From contig NC_087436.1 of assembly GCF_036321535.1 (NCBI RefSeq), forward strand, positions 52,206,001 through 52,270,000: a DNA stretch of 64,000 nucleotides, written 5' to 3'. The notes under the pieces were generated by a model. It saw nothing but the letters and a program-made list of their open reading frames with translations. It was not told the origin of the DNA and did no database searches. How positions within the stretch are numbered: the first letter of the stretch is position 1; each line of letters starts with the position of its first letter. Positions 37,681 to 50,900 of the stretch are shown in pieces. The stretch is from Camelus dromedarius. Its lineage: Eukaryota. A program made the position numbers and the translations under genes.

Positions 37681-38073
37681 TGCTATGGACTGGCTATTTG
37701 TATTTGCTCTAAATTCAAGCCCTAAGGCCCAGTGTGGCATTTGGAGATGGAGCCTTTAAGGAAGTAATTAGGATTAAATTAGGTCATAAAGGTGGGGCCC
37801 CGGTCCAACAGGATTAGTTCCTTTTTAGAAGTGACACCAGAGATCTCATTCTCTTCCTCCCTCTGCATGAATGTATCAAGGAACGGCCAACGGATCACCT
37901 GGCTGAGTGGTGGCCGCCTACAAGCCAAGAGAAGAGGCCTCAGAATAAAAGCTCTGTTGCCAGCTCCTTGATTTTGGACTTACAGCCTCCAGAACTGTGA
38001 GAAAGTAAATGTCTGCTGTTTGATCCCCTCAGCCTGAGATGCCCTGTTGTAACAACTTGAGTGAACTCCTATA
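37681..38073 (+). mobile_element. MLT1A/A0 solo LTR
   Basis: tgctatggact...atttggagatggagcctttaaggaagtaatta...ttggacttacagcctccagaactgtgagaaa. Confidence 0.9.
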
Positions 38074-39046
38074 GGGCCCATGGCTCATTCCTTAGCATCA
38101 GGCTTGAGACAGCTGATTAGCGAAATTCTGAACTAACTTCTGCCAATTGGGATGTAACATTACAGAGCTGTTACAGCAAAGCCTAAGTACCTTTTCTTCT
38201 CAGCAAAGCCCTGCCTACAGGGACTCAATTTCATGCTCCAAGTTTCTGTGTAAGTCATTGCTTGGTGCACACAAACACCTTCCGGTGTTGCTGTTCTGCA
38301 GCAGCTCTGACCAGCCTTGGCTGAGTGTTCTGTATTGATGTCTTCCTGCCCCATGAGGCTGTGCTGCCAGGTTTGGTTTGCATCAGCTAAGACCAGGAAT
38401 GCAGAATCCCTGCTCCCACATGTGTTTTGCCCCAATTCTTCTCATCTTCTTCCAAGCCAAAAATGAGGGCTTGACAGGAGTTGGTACAGTGAAGTAGGAT
38501 AAATCAAAATATGGTCTTAAAGAGCACTGAGAAGTCTGCTGGGATGGGTTCCCAATGTCTAGCCTGCTGTTGGCCAAGAAGAGTTCAGTGTATTGAAGAA
38601 TATACCCAGCACCCCGCAATGAGTGACCCCCATGTGGATCCCTTGGCTGAATGGGCACCTGAGATGTAGGTTGCATGAGTACCTCAATATGCTGACACAG
38701 GGACAAGCTGTCAGTGACCCAGAAAATGCGAGGCAGGAAGTCATGTGTGTAAGATGGTAGAGTTTGGGGAAGAGAAGCCTGTGGCACGAGCTGTGCTCCA
38801 TGGAAGAAAGTGTGAATAAGAAGCTGCATGAGCTCACTACTCACTAGGTTATCTGATGACCAGTAAAAGGAAAGACACATTGGAGCAGGCTTAGGAGAGC
38901 CAGAGAGCCTCGGCTATAAGTTTGTTAGTGATTTTGCTGATATCACAGGTGATAGACCACCAAAGCCCCGTCCATGGTCCTGGGAATGATGATGCAAACC
39001 CAAGACTGCTGGAAATAATCAGGAGCAGAAACCTGTACTCACCACG

Positions 39047-39668
39047 AGTCTTAGTCTGTTCAGGCTGCTGCAACAAATCACCATAGGTTGGGTAGTTTAT
39101 ACAACAAATATTTATCTCTCACAGTTCTGGAGGCTGGAATCCAGAGATCAAGCAGCAGGCAAACCTGGTGTCTGGTGAGGACTGGGTGTTCCCTGCTATG
39201 TCCTCACATGGGGGTGGAGAGAGAGAAAGTAAGCTCTTTTTTGTCTGTTCTTATAAGGACACTAATTCCATCACGAGGGCTCCACCTTCCAGATCTGTGA
39301 GGGTAATTTTATGTGTAAACTTGACTGGATTGAAGGATGCCTAAAGAATTGGGAAAGATTATTTCTGGGTGTGTCTGTGAGGATGTTTCTGGAAGACACT
39401 AGCATTTGAATTGGTTGAGTGAGTGAAGAAGACCACTTTCACCAGTGTGAGTGGACACCATCTAATCCAGTGACGGCTGAACAGAACAGAAAGGCAGAGG
39501 AAGGGCCTGAGCTGGGACAGCCGTCTTCCATTCTTAGATGTCAACACTCCTGATTCTTGGGCCTTTGGGCTCAGACTGAATTACACCACTGGCTCGAGTG
39601 ATTCTCTAGACAACAGACTGTGGAACTTCTTGGCCTACATAATTGCATGAGCCAATTCCTATAATAAG

Positions 39669-39707
<39 letters not shown>

Positions 39708-39837
39708 TTCTTTTTCTCATTCTTTGGAGAACCCTGACATATGACCTAATTATCTCCCACAGGCCATACCTTCTATTACCATTCCATTGGGGGTTAGGAT
39801 TTCAACATGTGGATTTTGAAGGGACACAAGCATGTAG
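39047..39837 (-). mobile_element. MLT1A-like LTR split by nested MLT2
   Basis: Left part ctcacagttctggaggctgg...ttataaggacactaattcc; right part tgacctaattatctccca...ggttaggatttcaacatg. Confidence 0.85.
39296..39741 (+). mobile_element. MLT2 (ERVL) solo LTR
   Basis: tgtgagggtaattttatgtgtaaacttgactgg...ttctgggtgtgtctgtgagg...gagccaattcc...(ct)n(ta)n...ggagaaccctgac. Confidence 0.9.
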
Positions 39838-40609
39838 TGTCCCTTCAAACCATAACAGCACATTAGGCTTGCCTGGAATTGCCTTCTGAGGGAGCAGAGA
39901 GAACTCACACTGAAGCCTCACAGGTGTGCGCATGGAGCTCTTATGAGCAGGTGGCTGGGAGCAGCATGGCCCCAGGTCACTACCAATGAGGAGGATGGAA
40001 GTGAGGAGTAGCTGAATGAAATATTTTGACCTCCACATAAATAAAGCTCCAGTGATGGGGATTTTGTACAAGGCACTGTCACAGGTGAAGCACTCACCTC
40101 CTGTTGGCTGAGCTCCCACAGGGCTGGCCTGGTTCTTCCCAGGCCACCTAGGAAAAGATGCCATCCTCTGGAAATACATCCACGTTTCTCTCCCTTCCTT
40201 GTGCTTTTCCCCTGGAAGGGCCATAAATGCCCTCTCTCACTGCCTGCTGGATCTCTTCACCTCATCTCTGACATGGTCTGAAACTGAAAGTGGACTTAGA
40301 AATATTGGCATCATTAGACCTTTAGCGATTCCAATCTGCTTGTATAATTCTCATGCCATGCTTCGTTGGCAAACCACATCTCCTCCCACTCTCAGAATTC
40401 TGTTCAAGCTGCTCCATCTCCATGGAACCTTTCCAGGTGGACCCCATCCTGCTTAACACATGTCAGTCACTTAAGAGTCTTCTGCGCACTCGTGTTTAAA
40501 TATAGCTTGTTTATGTTTCTAACTGTGCTTTTGCTTTTAGTTTCCATTTGCATGTTCTTATAAATTTTGTGGATGTTTACCTTCCCCTCTAATGACAGGA
40601 ACAACAGTG

Positions 40610-41100
40610 ACAATAAGGAACAACGCTGTCATTTGTTGAGATCTAACTATGTGACTGGCCTGTGTGATACTCTTCAGAAACAAATTATTTTGTAGAAACC
40701 TTGTAATAATCCTCTGAAATAGATATTAATTTTTTTTCTTTGAAAAGTGATATATTAATACATGCCCATTGTGAAATATTTAAAGAAACAGAATTGTTGA
40801 TACCAAAACGGGAAGTGCCCCTCCATCCTCTTCCCCATGGTTACCACTGATGACAGTAGAATGTGTTTCCTCCCAGGTCCTGGATGTGACAGTGTGTATG
40901 TGTGTACGTGTGTGCACACAGAAACTTGGGTGCAGATTTTTCATATAAATGGGATTGATCGTAGAATAAATATAATTTTATGTTTTTCCTGTTCACTTAA
41001 CGATGTATCTTAGAACTAGTGTGAGGGAAGAATAACTGTTGCCATGTTTTAGGCAAGGAAACGGAGGCTTGGAAAGATTAAACTTAGATTACTAAGATTA
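40610..41100 (-). mobile_element. MIR interrupted by an old L1 3' fragment (~40736-41015)
   Basis: MIR halves (catttgttgag...taatcctctgaaatag / ttttaggcaaggaaacggaggcttggaaagattaa) flank L1M 3' sequence. Confidence 0.6.
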
Positions 41101-41834
41101 CTAAGCAGTAGTTTCCATTACATGATAGGTGCCTTGAAGGCAGTGTAAGCTTTCTGTTTGAGATTCAGGTCAGTGCCTTGTACTCCAGTTTTTATAGCTG
41201 CCTTATTCCAGACGATTGGTGCTTGCCTTCAACTCTCATTCTTGAAGCTGGGTCCTATTCTCCTCTGTGTGAGTCTCAGTGGTCTACCTGTGTCCTGTAA
41301 TTCGGGTCATGTTTTCACTTACTAGGCTTCCTCTAGGCGGTGCCTTCCCCACCGAAGGAATTCCAGCATCTTCCCTCTGTTGACAGACTTCCTGATCTGC
41401 CTGCCTACCTATGGAATGTTCCTCGCTCCTGAATTAGCTGATGCCACTTTCTTTAAACTTGACAGCTGAATGACTGGTGCTGCCATTTCACCGTCTTCCC
41501 TGCCGTCTGCTGCACTGGGCTAGTTGGGCTGGCTTTCTCCCGGGACCCGCAGTGGAACCCCCTCTCCTCCTGCGGCTCCCTTGCCCTTTGACCTGCCCCA
41601 CTTCTCAGCTCAGTTCCTGTTCCAGGTCCCTTGGGCCGTGCTCCATCCCACCCAAATCCTGCCTGCTTTGCTTTGAGGTGGAATGTGAAATACAACTTGT
41701 CGTTACTTTAGGAGAAACTAGATTCATCCTCAACATAAGGCGAAATTACAGTATATTTCACTGAGAGAAAAACCGATACTACAGTTAAGTCTTTGGCACA
41801 AGGTAGAGCAGATAGAACAAATCCATTGTTTACA

Positions 41835-42960
41835 TTTGTTGAAAGTGAAGTATAGTTGACTTACAACATTATATTAGTTTTCAGGTGTACAACATGGTGA
41901 TTCAATATTTTAAATATTATGCAAAAATCACCACGGTAAGTCTAGTTACTGTCTGTCACCATACAAAGTCATTACAATATGATTGACTCTTTTCCCTATG
42001 CTGTGCATTACATCCCCATGACTCACTTGTTTTATAACTGGAGGTTTGGAGGTTTGGACCTCTTAATCCTGTCACCGATTTTGCGCATCCTCCCCACTCC
42101 TTTCTTCTGGCAACTACCTGTTTATTCTCTGCATCTAGGAGCCTGTTTTTTTTTTTGTTATATTTGTTTATTTGTTTTGTTTTTTAGATTTCACATGTAA
42201 ATGAAATTAGTTGGTGTTTGTCTTTCTCTCTCTGATTTATTTCATCTAGCATAATACCCTCTGGGTCCATCTCCATTACTGCAAATGGGAAGATTTCATT
42301 ATTTTTTTATGGTTGAGTAACATTCCATATATACACACACACCACATCTCTTTATCCATTCGTCTATCAATAGACATTTAGGTTGCTTCCATATCTTGGC
42401 TATTGTAAAGAATGTTGCAGTGAACTTTGGGGTACATGTATCTTTTTGAATTAATGTTCTTCTCTTCTTCAGATAAATGCCCAGAAACTGAATTTCTGGA
42501 TCATGTGGTAGTTTTATTTTTAGTTTTCTGAGTGACCTTCATACTGTTCTCCATAGTGGTTGTATGAGTTTACATTCCCACCAACAGTACATGAGGGTTC
42601 CCTTCACTCCAAATCTTCACCAGCATTTATTTCTTGTCTTTTTGGTGATCACCATTTTGACAGGTATGAGGTGATATCTCATTGTGGTTTTGATGTGCGT
42701 TTCCCTGATGATTAGTGATACTGAGCATCTTTTCATGTTTGTGTTGACCATTGGTATGTCTTCTTTGGAAATATGTCTATTCAGGGTCTCTACCCATTTT
42801 TAAAAATTTTTTTTAATATTATGTTGTATAAATTCTTATATATTTTGAATATTAACATTTATCCAATATATGATTTGCAAATATCTTCTTTCAGTATGTT
42901 GCCTTTTCATTTCGTTGATGATTTCCTTTGCTGTGCAAAAGTCTTCTAGTTTGATGTGGT
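41835..42960 (-). mobile_element. L1 (L1MA-like) 3' end and ORF2 C-terminus
   Basis: gaagtatagttgacttacaac...ttaggttgcttccatatcttggctattgt...tacattcccaccaacag...gtgatatctcattgtggttttga. Confidence 0.95.
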
Positions 42961-43349
42961 TCTGTTTGTAGTTCCATTTACTGGATCTTTCTGGATCTTA
43001 CCAGAGAAATTCAATAAAATTCAACAGCTAAGCCTTATATTAATTCCTCAAAAGGGCTTAAAGTGCTTTTTCAATCAAATGTCAAGGGGTTGTAGGTGTT
43101 CAGTTATGCCATCAAAATATCAACCAAGATTGTACATAAGAAGATAATGACACTTACATCCTTACTCATACCCGGCTAACAGCAGCAATAAGATACCATT
43201 GCTTCTCAAGACTCATCTCTATTTTCAAAGTGCTAAAAGTAGAAAATTTATCTTAGTCCTACTGAAATATAGAAGTATGAGTTCAGTTAACAAATCTCAG
43301 TGGATTACATGTGAATGCCAAAATGTTTTTAAATGACAAAAGTCATGTG

Positions 43350-43530
43350 TATAAGGCAGCACCGTTTTGTAGAAAAATCACTGGGCATGTATTATAAGGG
43401 TTGTGGTCCGAGTTTTACCATTAAATTAATTGTGGCAAGTGATTTATTTTACTTATCTGAATTTGAACATCACTGTCTGAAAAACACAAGCATCGATCTA
43501 AAGGGCCTCCAAAGGTTTTCCAACACCAGC
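43350..43530 (+). mobile_element. MIR/MIR3 fragment
   Basis: aggcagc...gtagaaaaatcactggg...ctaaagggcctcc. Confidence 0.5.
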
Positions 43531-44237
43531 AGTGAAGTCACTTGAAAGCGATGAGACTGAAGTTGGAAATCACTAGCCTAGACCTTGTCCTAGAGAAAAA
43601 GAAATCCCTTGGGCTACAACTCTGGCCTTGAAATTTGAATTTGTCTGATGAAATCTGGAGTAGGCCATGTGTGGCAAAGGCTGGATTCAGGGAGGATTAT
43701 AGTACGTGATCCTCCTCCGTCTAAGGAGAGACTGTCTGTGTGCCAACTCTCCCGGCAGAGGTGGGGGAGGGAGAAGTGATCAAGAAGACTGACCTGAGAG
43801 TTCATTTGTTGGTGAGAGATAGAATCCTGGAGACCTCAGTTGTTTTCCCCGAGTGTTGATAAAGAACCAGAGTCATTCTGCTGGAAGAAAATTAGATTGC
43901 AAAATGGTTAATCCTCCCTACATGGAAATCTGGTAAAGAATTTATGAGTGGAGCCTGCAGTATACACAGGAGAGCCAAGTGACTCAGTCAATTTAGAAAA
44001 GATCACATTTTAATTAAATTCAATGGGAGAGAGAAAAGTGGCAAATGTTATCCTGCTTTTTAAATGTACATAGAACCACTATAAATATGAGAGGTAAGAA
44101 ACATTATTTACTTTTTATTCTGCAATCAAACCATGCAATATAAACATAAGGCAAACATAAGGGTATTTTTTTTTCATTATCATGAGCCCTTCACCCCTTT
44201 CCTTTGCAGCTAGTCCTCAAAATGCAAGCACCATTTC

Positions 44238-44395
44238 TTTTTTTTTTTTTAATTGAAGTATAGTCAGTTTAAAATATTGTTAATTTCTGGTGTACAGCAT
44301 AGTGATTCAGTTATACATTCCTTTTCACATTCTTTTTCATTGTAGGCTATTACAAAGTATTGAATACAGTTCCTTGTGCTATGCAGTAGGACCAG
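44238..44395 (-). mobile_element. Young L1 3' tail (camelid-type)
   Basis: T-run + aattgaagtatagtcagttt...gtacagcatagtgattcagttatac...gttccttgtgctatgcagtagga. Confidence 0.9.
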
Positions 44396-44829
44396 TTTTT
44401 AAATTGAGTAAATTACATGCAAAGAAGAATGGCTTTAAAAAGTGAAATGGATCCTGAGAGAATTTAATGTTTTGTTAACTTTTACTTTCACATTAAACAA
44501 ACAAGCAATTGCAATGGTTGGGTGGAACTGTGCCCTGGGTAAGAACACCCTTGTGTGACCTTGAGTTACATTCTGGGACCATCTTGTCTGACTTCACAAA
44601 TTAGGGATTTGTAATTGCACACAGTCTGTTTCATCAGACTGAGGGGGGAAAAGTGGATGGGCTGAGGGGTTATTAAAATCTTTATGAAACTTTCAAGCTT
44701 TTAAAACAGACGTTTGATTGATCTCCCTAAATTTTAGTCTTCTAGCTGAGAGTTTTTAATGAATGCGCTTTGTTACTTGCAGAATCAGAAATCCTAACAC
44801 CTAGTACCTTTAGCAGCTTAATAAGAAAG

Positions 44830-45060
44830 AAGCAGTGGAAAGAACTTGGGTTTCAAATTGAGACAAAACTAGGTTCAGTTCCTGGACCAGTCACTTACAG
44901 ATAGTATGACCTCAATCAGGGTACTCAACCCTCTGATTCTTGGTTTACTCGCCAATAGAGTGAGTGGTAGCTAGCCCAAAGACTTGTGGTGTGGAGCCTA
45001 CAAGATCTTAGATGAGAAATCCTAAGCACATAGAATATACTCAGTAAGTGTCAGCTACTG
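44830..45060 (+). mobile_element. MIR
   Basis: aggttcagttcctgg...cacttac...tgacctc...agcacatagaatatactcagtaagtgtcagctac. Confidence 0.7.
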
Positions 45061-46859
45061 TAATAAACAAATGCACTTAGAATATTTGGAGGAGATAAAA
45101 GGTCTTGATTGCCAGGCATCGTGATAAGCAGTAGTCACATAGGTTGCTAATCTTAAAAAAATGCTAAGAAATAGACATCTTAATTTTTCTCCAAACACCA
45201 TGGGCATAGTTCATTTCATATGGTCACATATGAAAGGGCACACATTATGTCCAAACACTCATTGAGCCATTTTTAAAACATGAAAAAGTTGGGTCACATG
45301 GCCTGGCACAGAAGCATGGCCAAGGTCAGCTTGTCTGAGGCACAAGCTGGTTTGTAGAGGCAGACATTACTGTCCTCGAATGAGAGTCATTTGCTCCTTT
45401 TTAGTTAAGCTACCTCTATCATTGAGGATTATAAGTGGAGGAAGAGAAAGTTCCTTTTGAAATCAGTGTTTAGTCTCAGACCTTATACAGTATCTGAAAT
45501 TCATAATGATAGATTTTTTTTCTTTTTGCCATTGAGCTTCTAAGCACCAAAATTGGTGAATCTGATATTCAACCTCGGTCTTAACAGAACAGAAATCTAG
45601 TGGTTTGAAGGTGTTGTAGAACATAAACTTGCTCTGTTTCTCTCCCATTGTTTTGTGACAAGTTCTCTGGTAAGAGAAAACTGCATATAAGGCCAGTTCT
45701 TTCCCTGTTCCTCCTTTGACTCATTTGTGGTTCTCACTTAAGTTTTAAATGTCTCTGCTTTCAGGCTATTGAAGAGTTGAGATGTCCTTTATAATATATT
45801 TACCAGCAGAGTTCTGGAAAACAAGTCATTAGTCAGCGACTTTGATCTGGTTCTCTTAATCAAAGATTTATTGGGACAGTTTAGAAATAGTCAGATAAAT
45901 GTTCTCCCTACCTGGGAGACGGGAGGCGTAAGCAGCGCTCTGTGGAAGATTTATGCTGAATTGCTCTATGCCATCTTGCATTTGATTAACTTTTATCAAC
46001 CAGAACAAAAACCCCTTTCCCAATGCATCATTTATATGAACTTTATAAATGAACCGCCTTTCTATTGCCAGCATAATTCACCATGGAATTGCCATTTAAA
46101 AAGCCTCTAAGGGATAAGCAATTAACACAGGAGATGTTTGTGTGAAAATTCTGCAACAACTTTATTTTGAAAAACCCGAGGGTACTACTCTGTCATCTGA
46201 AACAATAAAGGATTGATACTAAGTTTTAAGTGTTCCTGAGAACAGGTAGGAAAGGTAAATAGTCCTACCCTACAACTTTCTTGATGTCACAAATTGGTTT
46301 TGATCAGAATAAATGAAGTCAAAGACTGAATAAAACACTTAGTTTATGAGATATGAAATGAGTCCTCTAGGATCTAAAACACAGTAAACAGGTCTACAGA
46401 TTACGTTTCCTCAAGATGAGGTTCCAAACCAATATGACAGTGACATTTTCAGATCTGAATGATAAAACTTAGGTAAGTCATTCTGAGTGCTCAAATCATG
46501 ACACTCAGAATCGATTTTCAATTCCGTCAAGAAAGATGCTCTTTAATAAATTAAAAGGTCCTTTCTGGTGAATGTAAAAAAATGTTAGGGCTCTCAGGAA
46601 TACAAATACGTATTGACTCCCTGTTGTCATTTTTACTTCATTAGCTATATTTTCTTAATGAAAAATTACTGACATAGACGTTTCTTTTCTGATAAAAAAA
46701 TTGTAAAGGGAGAACTAAGGTAAACGGCTTATGAAAATATTTAAAGTTGAGATGGTTTCTGGGACAGCTTTAAGTCCCCAAATGATTGATTGGTATTTCC
46801 AATCTCTTTGACATTTCTGTGACCATACATTCTTTTTAAATGCGTATATGAAAGAAAAT

Positions 46860-47357
46860 TTGGCGCAGTATTTCTTTTCCTTGCTCTTCCAGATCACCTG
46901 TCTGGTTGCTCTCTGCTCTGCTCTGTGCCCCACTGTGCCCCCTCTGGCCTGCATGGACTCCTCGACCCTCGGGCTTCTGTCGGGTTTGACCAGCAGGAAA
47001 CATCGACAAGATGGGAGACTGAACAGAGAAAAAAGTCGGGTACGTATTCTCCCGATGTCGCCTTCACGGGAAGTGGCTGCGTTCCTCCACATCCGCGGGT
47101 GCTGAGGAGCTATTGTGTGGCTTGTCTTCTGTGGCTGTAGCTTTTGCTGTAGAACTTTTTTTTTTCCCCCAGCCCCATAGCCCTAGAGGTGTTATGGAAT
47201 TTCCACAATTGCAGTCACTACATCCTGCTGGTTTTCTTAACCTTGTCTACACCTCTTGTAAATAGCTTCTTTATTAGACTCTCTGTAATCAAACTCTTTT
47301 AGTTCTCTAAACACTTTTTAATTCTATCCGCTTCCAGTTGGGACCCTGACAAATATA
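46860..47357 (+). mobile_element. LTR33-like ERVL LTR
   Basis: gtggctgcgttcctc; ccctagaggtg; cttaaccttgtctacacctcttgtaaatag; gggaccctgac terminus. Confidence 0.8.
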
Positions 47358-47909
47358 TTCGGCATCTCACCCAGGTGGATGTGCAGCCCACTAGTAGACA
47401 ACACAAAAGTAATGAGAGTGAAAAGAGCGTTTCTGTGGAACGAGAAATCATTCACATTGGAAATTAGCACCGAGATTCTTTCGCAGCTGTGCCGATAACC
47501 AGCTGTGGTACTCTGGTCACTTAACATCATGAGTCTCACCTTCCTAACTTGTAAGACCAGGAACTAGACTAGTTGATTGTTCAACTTGCAGTTAGCTAAG
47601 TTTGAATAGTGATGTTGTAAAGTGAATCTTTTTATTGAACTCCTTAGAGAGCAGGGGTTATCGTACCCTTTACAGTGTTAGCTTTGAACCTTGCTTATGT
47701 TGACACCAAAGGCTTGGTGAAGAATACTATTATCTGAGTATTCGCATTTGCTGACCAATGCTGGATCATGTATATTCGTTGTAATCTGCAATCCAGAAAA
47801 AAAGTAAGCCCATAGTTTTTTCACTTACTTAACTCTTGTAGGCTTGTGGATGAGCCTGTTTGATCAAGAAATGTGGAATTAAATTAAATTCTTCAGAACT
47901 GAAAATATA

Positions 47910-50900
47910 TGTAGAGAAAAGATGGCAAAAATAGAATAACAAGGACCTGATTTACCCTCACACCAGATAAAACGAAAAACTCAATAATACATACCAAAGA
48001 GCAGTTTTACAGGCATTGGATGACACCAACAAAAGCACAGTGATTCCTGAGTGACAAGACACAAACGGAATGAGCACTGTGAGTCCTGCACCTCACTAAT
48101 CTGAGGCACCTTCTGGGTCATAGCAAAGGGAAGGGACCTCAGGCAGAGCTATCAGTCTCCCTCAGTTGAGAAGATAAGACTGGAAACCAGGGAGGCCAAA
48201 AATAGCTAGAATTTGCAGATCAGAATACCAGAAAAGAAGAGCTACACAGATAGAAAACTCTGGAGATTTGTTTTCATAGTGAGATAAAATTAACCAAAAC
48301 TTTGTAAAATTTACAATATGCCACATATACTATTGAACTTTGTTCTGGGATGCTGTTAACTTATTTGGAAGCAGTTTGATCCTCTCAAGTCCTGCTTTTA
48401 AACTTTTAAGCTATGTTAGGGAAAACTTTAAAACAAGACTCTGAAGGATCAAATTGGCTGATATATTTGTGACTTAACTGGATCTCAGAATGAAGAACAT
48501 ATGGAAATACAAATATATCAACCACCTGAACAGGTAAAATTCATAATGTCTAATATTTATTTTAAAAATTCCAGATACATAAGGAAGCAGGCAAATATAA
48601 TTCATAATGAGGAGAAAAATTAATCAATAGTAATTGACCCAGAAATGACACAGATGATGGAATTAGTAGAAAAAAATTAAAATTTTATTACAACTGTATT
48701 ACATATGTTCAAGAAGTTAGGAGAAAGATTAAACCTATTAAATCAAGAAATGGAAGACATAAAAAAATTCCCAAATTAAATATTAGAGATGAACACTTCA
48801 CATAGGTAAAGCTATGGCTGGGATGAATAATTCAGTTGATGTTATTTTGGTAGTTAGGGTCCATAAAGTTGTCATGAACACTGAATAAGTGAATGCTGAA
48901 CAATTGCTACCAAGGGATACATTGGATTAGACTCCTATGAGCCTCTGGTTGTAAAATTTTCATCACCAATCACTATATCATCTTACTTTATGTGTGTTTT
49001 TGCTTAAAGACACCCTACTTAATATACATTGTCGATCCATTGATGTTGAACTCAAGGACAAGAGCACCATCTCTCATGCCTGAACAAAGTTCATCTAGCG
49101 TGTTTTCTCTGCAAGTCACACCACAACCTTCTTGTGCTTAGATACATTAGACAGAAATTCAGCACTGTGTTTGGGGGTCATTTTGAACAGTGAAATCACC
49201 AACACAAAGTGCAAAAGTGTAAAAAGCATGATGTTAAATTAAATATACTGGAAAAAGGACACTAGTTTACAGTGTGAGAGCTGAAACAAGAAGGCAGAGG
49301 GTTTCCACATTTGACTCACCTGGGAACATAAGTGCCAGGGAACTCAATTTTTTCATTTGTTTGTTTTTTTTTTGCTGCTCTGCTCATGTCCAAGTGAGTA
49401 TTGATTTCAAGCTTACAAATAAACCTCAGTGAGTAGGTAAATTTGCAAATACAGAATCCACTAATAATGAAGATTGACTGTATCCTGACGCCATTAATGG
49501 AATATTAGGCTTTACTGAGGAAAAGATTAGGGAACTTGAAGAAACAGAAATAGAAACTGTCCAAAATAAAGCACTGAAAAATAAGATGAACAACTTCAAG
49601 TAGAATAATATACATGTAATTGGAATTCCCAAAGATGAGGAGCAGAAAAGGTATTTGAAAAAACAATGGCTGCAAACTTCCATAATTGATGAAAACTATA
49701 AACCTGCAAGCCTATGAAGCTGAAAAACAAGGGTAAAAACTCCCCACACCTCAAGCTCCCCTCATCCCCCCCTAAAACAAGAAAAGAAATGCAGGTAAAA
49801 GTTACCAAGGCACATCATAATTAAATTGCTCAAAACTAATGATATAGACAAAACTTTAAAAGCAGTTAGAGGAATGGGGGGTTGGATTAAATTATGTAGA
49901 GGAAGAAAAAACAAGCATCACAACAGATTTCTCATCAGAAATAATTCAAATCAGAAGACAGTGGCGCAAGATCTTTAAAGTAATGAAAGAACAGAACTAT
50001 TAACCTAGAATTCTGTACCCCGGGAAAATCTCTTTTAGAAATGAAGGTAAAATATGACACTTTAGATATAACAATGCTGAATGAATTCACAATGCATTAA
50101 TATCAAAGTAGATTTCAGAGAAAGTGACATAACCAATGATAAAGAAGCTCATTTCATAGCAATAAAGGGGTCAATTTAGCAAGAAGATCTAATAATCTTA
50201 AGTGCTTATACATCTAATAAAAGAATTTTAAAATCCATTAAGCACAATCTGGTAGAATTGCAAATAGAAATAATAGACACAGCCACAGTGATAATCAGAG
50301 ATTTCTACAGTCCTCTCCCAATAATTGACAGAATGAGTAGAGAGAAAATCAGTAAGGATACAAGCGACTTGAACAACATTGTCAATCTTCGTAACCCAAC
50401 TGACATCTATAAAACACTCCTCTCAGCAACAACAGAATATGCATTCTTTTTCAAGTGCACAGGGACTATTTACCAAGATAGGTCATATCGGAGACATAAA
50501 ACAAGTTTCAGAAGAGTTAAAAGAATATAAGTCATGCCAAGTATCTTCTTTGACCACAATGGAATTAATATGAAATCAACAATAGAAAGACATCTGAAAA
50601 TCCCCCAAATATCTGAAGATGAAGTAAAACAATTATAAATCAACTGTAGTTCAAAGAAAGACCCAAATGGTAATTGGAGCATTTTGAGTGGAGTGAAAAT
50701 TAAAACAGAATATAGCAATATATTTGCAATACAGCATTGCTGAGTGGGAAATTTTTAGAACAAAATACTTACATTAAAAAAACTTCTCAAATAAATAACC
50801 TTAGTTTCCATCTCAAAAAAGTAGTAAGAGAAGAGAAACCAACGGAACCCAAAGTAAGCAGAAGAAAGGAAATACTAAAAATCAGAGTAGAAACCAATGA

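Noticed and set aside
38383..38880. 165-aa ORF (-), the longest in the track
   Set aside because: No recognisable homology or splice context; consistent with a chance ORF
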